Positions 6,371 through 16,047 of a stretch of 39,806 bases of DNA are shown here, one piece after another (the first letter of the stretch is position 1; every line of letters begins with the position of its first letter). Below the pieces are notes generated by a model. The model ran no database searches, had not been told where the DNA came from, and was given only the letters and a program-made list of their open reading frames with translations. Source of the stretch: Chlamydiales bacterium (GTDB lineage Bacteria > Chlamydiota > Chlamydiia > Chlamydiales > JBDQID01). The stretch is taken from the NCBI GenBank assembly GCA_047611865.1, contig JBLFWS010000007.1, positions 1 to 39,806 of the forward strand, read 5' to 3'. A program made the position numbers and the translations under genes.

Positions 6371-8848
6371 ATGAAAATATTGAAGTTTGGTGGGACCTCT
6401 GTTGGAAGTCCCGCGAATATAAAGTCAGTCATGCAGATTGTAGAAGACGCTCAGGAAGATGGTGAGCGTGTGGTGGTGGTGGTTTCCGCCTTTGGAGGCG
6501 TAACGGACCGTCTGATTGAAATGGGTAAACTGGCAGCTACTGGTGACAATCGTTATCATGAATTATTGGACTCTTTAGAGCAGAGGCACCTTGAAGCGGT
6601 GAAGGCTCTGGTAGAAGAGGGTGAGCTGCGAACTTGCATCATTAGTAATGTAAAGGAAAGTCTCAAAAAACTTTTTGACGTTTTTCATGGAATATACCTT
6701 CTTAAAGAGTTGTCCCTTAAGACAATGGATTTACTTGTAAGCTTTGGTGAGTTGTTGTCAGCATACATCATAGCTGAGGCGTTCAAGGATAGTGGTGTTG
6801 ATGCGGAATTTTTGGATACGAGGGATCTGCTGAAAACGGATGAGTCTTTTGGCTGTGGTAAAGTGTACTTTGAAAGAAGCTACCAGAATATCCAGGAGTT
6901 TTTCACAGAGAACAAGAGACTACAGATAGCTACAGGTTTTATTGCTTCTACTTTCAACAATGAGACAACGACATTTGGAAGGGGCGGCTCAGATTTTACG
7001 GCAGCTTTGTTTGGTAGAGCTTTAGAAGTTAGCGCCATTGAGATCTGGACGGATGTAGACGGAGTGATGACGGCGGATCCAAGAAAGGTGGGTAGGGCTT
7101 TTCCTATTAATGCGATGACATATGAAGAAGCTATGGAGATGTCCCACTTTGGAGCAAAGGTCTTGCATCCTCCAACGATGCATCCCGCGGTAGAGAAGAA
7201 CATCCCCATAATCATAAAAAATACTTTCAATCCTCTTGCCAACGGAACAGTGATTAGTAGGCAGGCCTTAATGAATGGGCACCCTATACGTGGAGTATCT
7301 TCAATTGATGAGGTGACCTTACTACGTATCCAGGGACCAGGAATGCTAGGTATTGCAGGGGTGTCGATGCGGATATTCGGAGCTTTGGCAAGGAGGGGAA
7401 TCAGCATAATCTTGATTACACAGGCATCTTCTGAACATTCTATCTGTATCGCTGTAGAACCTACATCAGCACGGGATGCGCAAAGGGAAATAGAGGACGA
7501 GTTTTCTCTGGAAATTTACGCCCATCAGGTGGATGAAGTTATTGTGGAGAAAGACTTGTCCATTATTGCTGTAGTAGGGGAAAGGATGCGCCATTCTCCT
7601 GGGATAGCAGGCCGAATTTTTTCGGCGTTGGGAAGGAACCTGATCAATGTAATTGCTATAGCGCAGGGGTCGTCAGAGTTAAACGTTTCTTTTATTACAA
7701 AGAAATCGGAAGAGGTAAAGGCGCTCAATGTTATTCACGATGCCTTTTTTGAGCCCGACTTAAGACCTGTGAATATCTTTCTTACAGGAACGGGCTTAAT
7801 AGGTTCTACACTGCTTGAGCAAATTAAAGATCAGTCAGAGTCTTTAAAAGAAAATCATCAGGTAGACATGCGTATTGTTGGATTGGCTGACAGCAAAAGG
7901 ATGGCTTTCGATGATACGGGGATAGATTTGATTGGCTGGCGAGAGCGACTAAATTATTCTCCCCAGAGAATGGACATCGATAAGTTTATAAGACGGATGA
8001 AAGACTTGAACTTGCGTAACAGTATCTTTGTGGACTGTACTGCGAGTGCCTCTATATCAGAGCAGTATGTAAGAATTATGCAGACAGGATTTTCTATTGT
8101 AACGCCGAATAAGATGGCAAACACTTCTAACTATTCTACGTGGCTTGAGTTGAAAAAAGCTGCAATAAGCTGTTCGGTTCGCTACCTCTATGAAACGAAT
8201 GTTGGTGCAGCATTGCCTATAATCAATACTTTGCATGGGCTCTTGTATAGTGGTGATGAGATATTGAGAATTGAGTCTATATTGTCGGGCTCCTTGAGCT
8301 ATGTGTTCAACTCGATTAGTGAAAGCCGTTCTTTTAGTGAAGTCTTTAGTGAAGCAATAGATAAGGGTTTTACTGAACCCGACCCCCGCATTGATGTGAA
8401 TGGCGTGGATGTGGCGAGGAAAATTCTTATTCTGGCTAGAGAGTGCGGATGTAAAATGGAGCTTGGCGATGTGAAACTCGAAAAGATCGTTGACGAAAGC
8501 GTTTTGATGTCACCAGAGATACCGGAGTTTCTGGAAAAATTGACGACTCTAGATGCCGCTTTTGAAGAAAAGCGTAAGAAAGCAGAGTCGAATGGCAAGG
8601 TCTTACGTTATGTGTCTACTTACGAGGATGGAAAAGCCGAGGTGTCTATTATGGAGGTGGGAGAGGAGCATCCCTTTTACTCCCTTTCGTTCACTGACAA
8701 TATCGTCGCATTTAAAACAAAGCGCTACTTTGAACGGCCTTTAGTAATACGCGGGCCAGGAGCCGGTGGTGATGTGACCGCAGGTGGGGTTTTTGCAGAT
8801 ATTATGTCTCTTTGCAACGAGGGACGGGAGTCTAAGCCATGTCTGTAG
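6371..8848 (+). CDS. thrA: Bifunctional aspartokinase / homoserine dehydrogenase I
   Basis: KFGGTSV, GRGGSDFTA, WTDVDG, two ACT domains, GTGLIG, YETNVGAALP, GPGAG; AGGAGG RBS. Confidence 0.98.
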   Translation: MKILKFGGTSVGSPANIKSVMQIVEDAQEDGERVVVVVSAFGGVTDRLIEMGKLAATGDNRYHELLDSLEQRHLEAVKALVEEGELRTCIISNVKESLKKLFDVFHGIYLLKELSLKTMDLLVSFGELLSAYIIAEAFKDSGVDAEFLDTRDLLKTDESFGCGKVYFERSYQNIQEFFTENKRLQIATGFIASTFNNETTTFGRGGSDFTAALFGRALEVSAIEIWTDVDGVMTADPRKVGRAFPINAMTYEEAMEMSHFGAKVLHPPTMHPAVEKNIPIIIKNTFNPLANGTVISRQALMNGHPIRGVSSIDEVTLLRIQGPGMLGIAGVSMRIFGALARRGISIILITQASSEHSICIAVEPTSARDAQREIEDEFSLEIYAHQVDEVIVEKDLSIIAVVGERMRHSPGIAGRIFSALGRNLINVIAIAQGSSELNVSFITKKSEEVKALNVIHDAFFEPDLRPVNIFLTGTGLIGSTLLEQIKDQSESLKENHQVDMRIVGLADSKRMAFDDTGIDLIGWRERLNYSPQRMDIDKFIRRMKDLNLRNSIFVDCTASASISEQYVRIMQTGFSIVTPNKMANTSNYSTWLELKKAAISCSVRYLYETNVGAALPIINTLHGLLYSGDEILRIESILSGSLSYVFNSISESRSFSEVFSEAIDKGFTEPDPRIDVNGVDVARKILILARECGCKMELGDVKLEKIVDESVLMSPEIPEFLEKLTTLDAAFEEKRKKAESNGKVLRYVSTYEDGKAEVSIMEVGEEHPFYSLSFTDNIVAFKTKRYFERPLVIRGPGAGGDVTAGGVFADIMSLCNEGRESKPCL

Positions 8849-9777
8849 ATCGTGAAGTTCGTGCTTTTGCTCCGGCATCAGTTTCCAACGTTTCTTGTGG
8901 TTATGATATTTTTGGGTTTGCAGTTGATGCACCTGGAGATGAAGTAGTGGTCCGCTTTACTGATGACCATGAGGGGGCCAAAATTGTTTCCATAACGGGT
9001 GATGGAGGGAAGCTCCCGAAAGATGCGGAAAAGAATACAGCGTCTGTTGCCGCCAATGCTTTGCTTAAGCACATAGGGAGAAAAAAGGGAGTGGCGATTG
9101 TGCTGCATAAGAAAATGCCCTTGGGCAGTGGGCTGGGTTCTAGTGCCGCAAGTGCAGTAGCAAGCGTTGTGGCCGTTAATGAGTTGTTGGGAAATCCTCT
9201 GAAAAAAATAGAGTTATTGCCTTTTGTTTTAGAAGGGGAAAGGGTCGCCTGCGGAAGTGCTCATGCTGACAATGCGGCACCATCATTATTGGGAGGCTTT
9301 GTTCTCGTTCGAAGTTACGATCCTCTTGATGTAGTGCAGATCTCGGTACCGGAAAATCTCTTTTGTGCTGTTGTACATCCTCATATGGAGATACCTACTG
9401 AAAAGGCTAGGGGGATTCTCCGTAAAGAACTTTCTATTAAAGATATGGTGACACAGTGTGGAAATGTTGCGGGCTTAACTGTAGGGTTGATGACAGGGGA
9501 TTTTGCTTTGATAGGTCGCTCTCTTTACGATGCTGTTGTGGAACCTCAGCGGTCGGTTCTTATTCCGGGTTTTGAAGAGGTCAGGGCATCGGCAATGAAT
9601 GCTGGAGCGTTAGGTTGCGGGATATCCGGAGCTGGGCCTTCTCTTTATGCCCTGACGACTTCTTTGGAGAAGTCTAATAGGATAGTTGAAGCTATGCGAC
9701 AGTGTTGGGAAGCAATGGATGTGCGAAGTGATGGCTATTCTTCTGTGATTAATCATAAGGGTGCGCATTGTATTTAA
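8839..9777 (+). CDS. thrB: Homoserine kinase
   Basis: GHMP motif PLGSGLGSSAAS, HADNAAP, ISGAGPS. Confidence 0.97.
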   Translation: MSVDREVRAFAPASVSNVSCGYDIFGFAVDAPGDEVVVRFTDDHEGAKIVSITGDGGKLPKDAEKNTASVAANALLKHIGRKKGVAIVLHKKMPLGSGLGSSAASAVASVVAVNELLGNPLKKIELLPFVLEGERVACGSAHADNAAPSLLGGFVLVRSYDPLDVVQISVPENLFCAVVHPHMEIPTEKARGILRKELSIKDMVTQCGNVAGLTVGLMTGDFALIGRSLYDAVVEPQRSVLIPGFEEVRASAMNAGALGCGISGAGPSLYALTTSLEKSNRIVEAMRQCWEAMDVRSDGYSSVINHKGAHCI

Positions 9778-9798
9778 TTTTTCAGGAGGGATCTTAGC

Positions 9799-11115
9799 AT
9801 GAAGTTTACGAGTACTAACAAAATTAGCCCTGAGGTTTCTTTAAAAGATGCTATCATGCAAGGAATGCCAGAGGATAAGGGTCTATATATGCCCAAGTCC
9901 ATACCTGTGATTCAAGAATCTTTTTTTCAGGAAATCAGGTCTGATTCCTGGGAAAGAATTTGTGAAACCGTAGCGGGGGCTTTTTTTTCTGGTGATGTTT
10001 CCAGAGATGTTTTGAAAGAACTTATTCATGAAGCATTGAATTTTGAAGCTCCTCTCGTAAAGATTTCTGAAGGTATTCATTGCCTCGAACTTTTTCATGG
10101 TCCTACTCAAGCCTTCAAGGATTTCGGTGCCCGCTTTATGGCGAGACTCATGGGATATTATCGTAAAGACGATGATGAAGATCTTCATATTCTTGTGGCG
10201 ACTTCAGGGGATACGGGTAGTGCTGTGGGTCATGGTTTTCTTGGGGTGAAAGGAATTAAGGTGTGGATCTTGTACCCGAAGGGAAAGGTTTCTTTAATTC
10301 AGGAGAAGCAGCTGACAACTCTGGGGCAGAATATTACCGCTTTGGAAATAGAGGGTACTTTCGACGATTGCCAAAATCTGGTGAAAGAGGCTTTTACTGA
10401 CAGTGAGCTTCGGAAGCAGGTTTTGATGACTTCGGCAAACTCTATAAATTTCGCACGCCTGTTGCCTCAAGTATTCTATTATATACACGCTTTTACTCAA
10501 TTGGAGGACCGAGGAATCCCTATGGTCTTCTCGGTGCCTAGTGGTAACTTTGGAAATCTCGTTGCGGGCTTATTTGCGGAAAGGTTAGGTCTACCGGTGG
10601 AACATTTTGTTGCCGCGACTAATATTAACGACGCGGTGCCTGAATATTTCAAAACGGGATTGTTTCGACCGCGCCCTTCTGTGCAGACGATTTCGAATTC
10701 TATGGATGTGGGAAATCCGAGTAATTTCGGGAGGATGTTGGCACTTTTTGATAATGATTTAGGAGCTATGCAACGAGAAATTTACGGCTGTAGCTTTACC
10801 GATGAGGAGACCAGGGCTGCCATTGTGGAGGTCTACCAAAATAATGGATATATTATGGACACTCATGGAGCGGTGGGATATCTAGGCTTAAAAGAATATA
10901 CGAAAACCTTGTCTCATCCAGTAAATGGGATTTTTTTGGGGACGGCTCATCCAGCTAAGTTTCTTGACGAAGTACAGCCTCTTATTCAAGAGCCTATAGA
11001 GATGCCAAAAAGTCTTCAGGAGTCTATGGGGAAACCTAAAAAATCAGAAGTTCTTCCAGCGGATTACAAATCTTTTAGGGCTTTTTTATTAGAAAGGTCC
11101 AAGTCCAAAGTATAG
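9799..11115 (+). CDS. thrC: Threonine synthase
   Basis: ELFHGPTQAFKDFG (PLP lysine), ATSGDTG, VPSGNFGN, TAHPAKF. Confidence 0.98.
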   Translation: MKFTSTNKISPEVSLKDAIMQGMPEDKGLYMPKSIPVIQESFFQEIRSDSWERICETVAGAFFSGDVSRDVLKELIHEALNFEAPLVKISEGIHCLELFHGPTQAFKDFGARFMARLMGYYRKDDDEDLHILVATSGDTGSAVGHGFLGVKGIKVWILYPKGKVSLIQEKQLTTLGQNITALEIEGTFDDCQNLVKEAFTDSELRKQVLMTSANSINFARLLPQVFYYIHAFTQLEDRGIPMVFSVPSGNFGNLVAGLFAERLGLPVEHFVAATNINDAVPEYFKTGLFRPRPSVQTISNSMDVGNPSNFGRMLALFDNDLGAMQREIYGCSFTDEETRAAIVEVYQNNGYIMDTHGAVGYLGLKEYTKTLSHPVNGIFLGTAHPAKFLDEVQPLIQEPIEMPKSLQESMGKPKKSEVLPADYKSFRAFLLERSKSKV

Positions 11116-11317
11116 TCCAAGTTTGGTGGGGAGGGGGCTTAAGTCCTTTTGCCTCGCCAAATCAATTATTCTATCTCTTTAAGATGCCAATTTAAACTTA
11201 ACAGAACACTAGTCCGGCATATAAAAACCTCTTCAGTCTCAAAAAAAGACTCAAGAAGAGCGAGTCTACTACCGATACCTCTCTAGTTGTAATCAGGTAA
11301 TGGATACGGAGGTGAAT

Positions 11318-11476
11318 ATGACTGCCAAAGAAAAAGAAGCTCCTGCGAAGGAGCAAAAGAAACCGGAAAAGCATAAGAGAGTTCAAACGGCTGAGGGGTG
11401 GAGAAGGAGTGTTCAAAGAAAATTTGAAAAAATGAACGGTAAGAAGAAGTTCCCGCCTAAAAATGTAAGTAATTAA
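11318..11476 (+). CDS. Small basic protein (52 aa), below the ORF-track cutoff
   Basis: GGAGG RBS at 11308-11312; MTAKEKEAPAKEQKKPEKHKRVQTAEGWRRSVQRKFEKMNGKKKFPPKNVSN. Confidence 0.8.
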   Translation: MTAKEKEAPAKEQKKPEKHKRVQTAEGWRRSVQRKFEKMNGKKKFPPKNVSN

Positions 11477-11496
11477 TTTTAATTTCTTCTTTCATC

Positions 11497-11698
11497 GGCG
11501 TTGTTGCATAACTTAATACGTTTACAATCATTTATTTAACCACCGAGAACACAGAGAGAAAGAAAAATGCATAAAGTCTCTCAGAATATGTTATTAACTG
11601 ATCTGTGATTTTTTTATTTTCTCTGTGCCCTCTGTGATCTCGGTGGCAAAATGTTAATCATAAGCCTCTTGTAGACGAATGTTTTATGCAACAACGCC
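11497..11698. mobile_element. 202-bp MITE with 15-bp terminal inverted repeats and 9-bp target-site duplication
   Basis: TIR ggcgttgttgcataa / ttatgcaacaacgcc, flanked by tctttcatc at 11488-11496 and 11699-11707; nested internal inverted repeat. Confidence 0.9.
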
Positions 11699-11788
11699 TC
11701 TTTCATCTGTAATTTGAGTGTTATTACTGGAACTTATAGGTACGAATAAAGTAAAATATCCTATTTAGTTTACTAATTAGCTCGATAG

Positions 11789-12892
11789 ATGAAAGAAGAA
11801 AATTCCCAAAAAACAGTTGTAGTTGGAATGTCCGGAGGGGTGGATTCTTCGGTGGCTGCGCTTTTGCTGAAAGAGCAGGGGTACAGGGTCATCGGTGTTT
11901 TCATGAAGAACTGGGAAGAGGACGATGAAGACGGCTCCTGTCAGGCAGTATCAGATTATGATGATGTCGTACAGGTCTGTAGTCACATTGGAATCCCACA
12001 TTATTCGGTAAACTTCTCTAAAGAATACTGGGATCAGGTTTTCAGTCAGTGTTTGAAAGAATATGCTGCGGGCCACACCCCAAATCCAGACATTCTCTGT
12101 AACAGAGAAATCAAATTCAAAGTTTTTCTTGAGAAAGTCCTTGAGCTGAATGCTGACTACCTTGCAACAGGGCACTACTGTCGGAATCTCCTTATTGATG
12201 GAGAACACAAGCTTGCAAAAGGTATTGATCCCAACAAAGACCAAAGCTATTTCCTCTATACAATGAAAAAAGAGATTCTGGAGAAGGTACTCTTTCCTTT
12301 GGGAGGCCTATGTAAAGACGAGATCCGAAGAATAGCGTTAGAAAATGGCCTTGTTACAGCTGCTAAAAAAGACAGTATGGGAATTTGCTTTATCGGCAAG
12401 CGCAACTTCAAAGACTTTCTTAATCGCTATATCCCCTCCAATCCGGGAAATTTTGAAACTCCAGACGGAAAAATAGTCGGAAGACACGATGGATTTCCCT
12501 ATTATACCATAGGTCAAAGAAAGGGCCTGGGTATTGGCGGTCCGGGAGAAGCATGGTTTGTTGCGGGTAAAGATGTTAAGCGTAACGTAGTCATTTTAGT
12601 CCAAGGAGAGGGGGACCCTATTCTTCATAACACGGCATTAGTAGCGACCGATATCACATGGGTTGGAAGTCCTCCAGCGCGACTCCCTCATAAATGCATG
12701 GCAAAAATCCGCTATCGGCAGAGCGATTCTCCTTGCACAATCACTCGCATCGAAGGCGACAAGGTGTATGTCGAATTTGATAGTCCCCAGAAAGCCATTA
12801 CGCCCAGGCAGTCCATCGTATTTTATGATGATGATATTTGCCTCGGAGGTGCAATGATTCAAAAGGCCCTTGTTGAGAGCCCTGTAGCTTAG
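11789..12892 (+). CDS. mnmA: tRNA 2-thiouridine(34) synthase
   Basis: SGGVDSS PP-loop, TPNPDILCN, ATGHY, KDQSYFL, YTIGQRKGLG. Confidence 0.98.
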   Translation: MKEENSQKTVVVGMSGGVDSSVAALLLKEQGYRVIGVFMKNWEEDDEDGSCQAVSDYDDVVQVCSHIGIPHYSVNFSKEYWDQVFSQCLKEYAAGHTPNPDILCNREIKFKVFLEKVLELNADYLATGHYCRNLLIDGEHKLAKGIDPNKDQSYFLYTMKKEILEKVLFPLGGLCKDEIRRIALENGLVTAAKKDSMGICFIGKRNFKDFLNRYIPSNPGNFETPDGKIVGRHDGFPYYTIGQRKGLGIGGPGEAWFVAGKDVKRNVVILVQGEGDPILHNTALVATDITWVGSPPARLPHKCMAKIRYRQSDSPCTITRIEGDKVYVEFDSPQKAITPRQSIVFYDDDICLGGAMIQKALVESPVA

Positions 12893-13055
12893 GCCATGTA
12901 TTAAAATTACGAAACGCTGCTTTTAGAGCCTTTTTGCACACTTTTGGATCTCACCCAACCCACCTACTTGTCTAAGTATGGAGAGTTGTGAGCGATCCAA
13001 AATTATAAAAAATGCCCTCAAAATCAGACATTCCCTAATTTGAAAACACGACCTA
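12890..13055. repeat. About 166-bp TA-flanked imperfect palindromic element (MITE/RPE-like)
   Basis: Ends taggccatgtattaaaatta / taatttgaaaacacgaccta; inner pairs ttttggatc/gatccaaaa and tactt/aagta. Confidence 0.75.
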
Positions 13056-13062
13056 TGTTTAG

Positions 13063-14574
13063 CTAGTCTTCTGCCCCATTAAAACTTTCTATGGACTTTA
13101 ATTTTGAAGGCTTTATGGCCATTCCAGCAGCAATAAGCAGGGGGATGACAACGACAGCCCAGCCAATGTTAATTGCCCAGTTCGGGAAGTCACCGTAATT
13201 GCTATCGAATTCTCGACAAACTTGAACAAGAAGAAGAGTGAGCAGGATTAACGGAATGACGTATTTTACGACGTGGTTCCAATTTTTGTGAAGCTGGTAA
13301 TCACTGACACGGTTAATGTACTTTCGTACTTTTTCAGCACCCAATATCCAACCGATAGCCACACATTCCAAGAGGCCTGTGACCACAAGCAGTATATTGG
13401 TGGTAAAGTGATCAATGAGGTCAAGGTAGTATAAACCAGCGTCAGTAGTGAAGACAAATCCCAATGCAAAACAGAGAAAGCATACCCAAAAGGAGATTTG
13501 TTCTTTTCTTACTTCTTGAAGATTATCACAGATGACAACAACAATAGACTCTACCAGAGAAAAGGCACTGTCAATACCGAGTGTCAGCAGGGTGAGGAAA
13601 AAGAGTATGGAGAAGAATCCAGGCCACAAGGGCATTAGGGAGAGGGCTTTTGGGAAGACGACAAATGCCAGACCCGGGCCAGATGCTGCGACTTCTTCAA
13701 TGGGCTGACCCGTTTCTTTAGCCATATATCCCAGAACAGAGAACACCACGAAACCGGCAAAAATACTGATGGCAGCATCGGCAAGGGCAATGTATATGCC
13801 ATCTCTCAGGAGATTGTTGGATGGTTTATTGAAGCTGGCATACGCGATCATGATCCCCATGGAAACACTGAAGGTGAAGAATATTTGACCGGCAGCAGCA
13901 AGCCAGATTTCCGAACTTAAAAGAGCAGAAAAATTGGGTTTTATGTAGTGGTATATACCATCCATTGCTCCGTCAAGGGTGATGCCGCGGAAAAACAAAA
14001 TAACGAGAAGGATGATAGGTAAGGGGACTGTGACCTTAACGACAGAGCCAACACTATGAACACCTTTTCGAATACAGAAGTATATGGCGGTCCACACTGC
14101 AGCTAGTGCAAGGAGTAGGTTCCAGTCGACAGCACCCATGGTGGAGATGCTCGTTGATATGCCCAAAACTTCATCGAAGAAGTACTCTCTTGGTGACGCA
14201 GCCCAGGGTAGTATATCTGAAAAAGACTCTATGAGATAAAAGCACGACCATGCCATCACCACTGCATAGTAAGTCACGACAATAAATGAGGCGCAGACCC
14301 CAAGGAAACCAACACCAGCTAGGCGGGGATGTACTGCTCTAAAGGCACCAATAGCCCCCTTTTGTAACTTTTGACCTAAGGCTAATTCGATGACGAGTAA
14401 GGGGATGCCCAGGACAAATAGAGCTATTAGGTAAGGAAGTAGAAACGAGCCTCCCCCGTATTTGTATGCTAGATAGGGAAAGCGCCAAAGGTTTCCTAAC
14501 CCAACAGCAGAACCGACAGCTGCCAATAGAAATGCCCAGTTAGAATCCCAACGCTCACGCTCAGTACCCGCCAT
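13063..14574 (-). CDS. Sodium-dependent transporter, NSS/SNF family (amino acid symporter)
   Basis: RERW..FLLAAVGSAVGLGNLWRFPY..GGGSFLLPY. The ATG at 14574 is preferred to the TTG at 14625. Confidence 0.95.
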   Translation of the reverse strand: MAGTERERWDSNWAFLLAAVGSAVGLGNLWRFPYLAYKYGGGSFLLPYLIALFVLGIPLLVIELALGQKLQKGAIGAFRAVHPRLAGVGFLGVCASFIVVTYYAVVMAWSCFYLIESFSDILPWAASPREYFFDEVLGISTSISTMGAVDWNLLLALAAVWTAIYFCIRKGVHSVGSVVKVTVPLPIILLVILFFRGITLDGAMDGIYHYIKPNFSALLSSEIWLAAAGQIFFTFSVSMGIMIAYASFNKPSNNLLRDGIYIALADAAISIFAGFVVFSVLGYMAKETGQPIEEVAASGPGLAFVVFPKALSLMPLWPGFFSILFFLTLLTLGIDSAFSLVESIVVVICDNLQEVRKEQISFWVCFLCFALGFVFTTDAGLYYLDLIDHFTTNILLVVTGLLECVAIGWILGAEKVRKYINRVSDYQLHKNWNHVVKYVIPLILLTLLLVQVCREFDSNYGDFPNWAINIGWAVVVIPLLIAAGMAIKPSKLKSIESFNGAED

Positions 14575-14777
14575 TTGTCTTACCCCTGTTTGATGAATAT
14601 CGTGAAACCCCCTTAGGACGCCCAATCCTTATGTAGGGTTTAAGCCAGGTTGTTAGACCTCTTTTATCATATATCCAGGATACAACAGTAGGCTAAACAA
14701 CGTGGGTTAATTGCCAATGCTATTCTCAAAGGGTATTTATATCAAAATGTAATCAAAAAAAAACGAAGATAAAGAAA

Positions 14778-14804
14778 TGTAAGGGGGAAGCCCTCCCCCT
14801 TACA
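14778..14804 (-). terminator. Intrinsic terminator after the thiolase gene
   Basis: tgtaaggggga-N5-tcccccttaca, followed by a T-rich run on the minus strand. Confidence 0.8.
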
Positions 14805-14811
14805 GATAAAG

Positions 14812-16047
14812 CTATGAGGCTTTTTTGACGACGACAGAAGTCACAGTGATATCATTACCACCCATACTTACCAACATACCGTAGGGTTTTTCGATCAAAG
14901 CAGGGTTTTCTGCTTTACCCGTAAATTGATGGAGTAAGTCTACGAGCTGTCGAACTCCACTGACTCCTACAGGATGACCGAAACCACAGAGACCGCCGGA
15001 GAGGTTTGTGGGAATTGTGCTGTCAATGGCCGTGCCACCGTCAAGGAGAAAGTGGGCACCCTTTCCTCTTTCAGCGAAGCCGAGGGATTCTAAGACTAAT
15101 AAAGCTGTTATAGTGAAACAGTCATGGAGCTCCAAGAGGGCTAGGTCTTCTTTTTTTATGCCCGCCTGCTCAAGAGCTTTACTAGCAGCAGCGGCATTGT
15201 TTTCCATATAGGTTAAGTCACCAGGCTTTTGTGTGATGTCACCTTGTGAGGCGCCGATACCGACGATCTCGACGCAGTCCTCTTTTTTTACCCCAAATTT
15301 TGCCAGGCCTTCTTCGGAGAAGAGGGCGATGGATGATGCTCCGTCAGAAACTTTAGAGCAGTCAAAAACATTCAGGTGGGGAACGAATCTCTCGGCAGAA
15401 GGAGGGGTCATCCCCAAGGCAAAGAGATCTTCTGTGCTGTTGTGGTATTCTTGAGCTTTAGAGTTTTTACGAGCATTTAAAATTGAGAGTTCATACCACT
15501 TGGCCATGCCGCGACGTGCGTCTTCTGCACCGTACTTTTCGTAGTATGCTCCGGCTCTTTCAGCAAAGACTCCGGGAAAGAAATGGGCATAACCATCTTT
15601 TCTTTCTTTGCAGTAATAGCCGGCAGAAGAAAGGATGTCGGCGCCGTAAACGGCTTTCAAATTATTTTGTATTTCGAATCCTGTTACATATACGGCATTG
15701 GCCTCGTCAGAGAGGATAGACCGTGCAGCAGCAGCCAGACCACGACCGCCTGATCCACAAGCTCCTTCCGTCGCTGTACAGGGTTTTCCCTTCAGAGTCG
15801 GAACAGCAAAGGGGAGAAATCCAGGTATGTTTGCTTGTTTGAGGAAGCGAGGGGCCATTGTGTTGCTTATGACGCCTTCATCGAAATCACGGCTTTGTAG
15901 CTGTGCGCATGTCCCCTCAGCGGCTTCTTTCAAATACATTTCAAAAGTCGGCATGGGTTTTTTCGGGTTGAACTCTTTGCGTCCCGTTCCGAAGAAAATA
16001 CTATTGTAGCCTGCGGCGGCATAGATTTTTTTTCTTAGGGGTTTCAT
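14812..16047 (-). CDS. Thiolase, SCP2-type (acetyl-CoA C-acyltransferase)
   Basis: EGACGSG, ELHDCF and GHPVGVSG motifs. Confidence 0.9.
   Translation of the reverse strand: MKPLRKKIYAAAGYNSIFFGTGRKEFNPKKPMPTFEMYLKEAAEGTCAQLQSRDFDEGVISNTMAPRFLKQANIPGFLPFAVPTLKGKPCTATEGACGSGGRGLAAAARSILSDEANAVYVTGFEIQNNLKAVYGADILSSAGYYCKERKDGYAHFFPGVFAERAGAYYEKYGAEDARRGMAKWYELSILNARKNSKAQEYHNSTEDLFALGMTPPSAERFVPHLNVFDCSKVSDGASSIALFSEEGLAKFGVKKEDCVEIVGIGASQGDITQKPGDLTYMENNAAAASKALEQAGIKKEDLALLELHDCFTITALLVLESLGFAERGKGAHFLLDGGTAIDSTIPTNLSGGLCGFGHPVGVSGVRQLVDLLHQFTGKAENPALIEKPYGMLVSMGGNDITVTSVVVKKAS

Noticed and set aside
11198..11416. 72-aa minus-strand ORF
   Set aside because: Antisense shadow of the plus-strand 52-aa gene, which has the good RBS.
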